Assembly: GCF_001194135.2 (NCBI RefSeq)
Contig: NC_068981.1
Location: forward strand, 7,980,756-8,044,755
Direction of reading: 5' to 3'
Length of the DNA stretch: 64,000 nucleotides
From: Octopus bimaculoides
Lineage: Eukaryota
Positions 63,986 to 64,000 of the stretch are shown in pieces (positions within the stretch are counted from its first letter, which is position 1; each line of letters starts with the position of its first letter). Under the pieces are notes generated by a model. The model was not told the origin of the DNA. It made no database searches and saw nothing but the letters and a program-made list of their open reading frames with translations. The position numbers and the translations under genes were made by a program.

Positions 63986-64000
63986 TATATCAATATATAT

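Overview
AT-rich, microsatellite-dense eukaryotic DNA from a gapped draft assembly (13 N-gaps, mostly bounded by (TA)n). The repeat repertoire looks like a cephalopod, probably Octopus; this is inferred from recognising repeat types, not proven. No host protein-coding gene can be supported. Every ORF with a recognisable domain belongs to a decayed retroelement: one RTE-type LINE, several R4/Dong-like RLE LINEs sitting in (TAA)n arrays, a second RLE LINE family, and at least three Penelope-like elements (PLEs). The rest is tRNA-derived SINEs, Tc1/mariner, Tigger, hAT and Helentron-like non-autonomous elements, and simple repeats. The most interesting signal is a set of hammerhead-ribozyme-like motifs found by manual folding. 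One near-canonical type I hammerhead lies on the minus strand at 20780-20880 and another with an intact core at 58364-58447. There are also two minimal dimer-type motifs (5973-6008, 56221-56259), an atypical branched motif in both arms of an inverted-repeat PLE, and a weaker one near 63860. Other signals are same-orientation retroelement trains built on (TAA)n, three long fold-back duplexes (75-101 bp arms), a covarying LINE 3' UTR hairpin and several micro template-switch palindromes. All structures were read by eye and none is experimentally validated.
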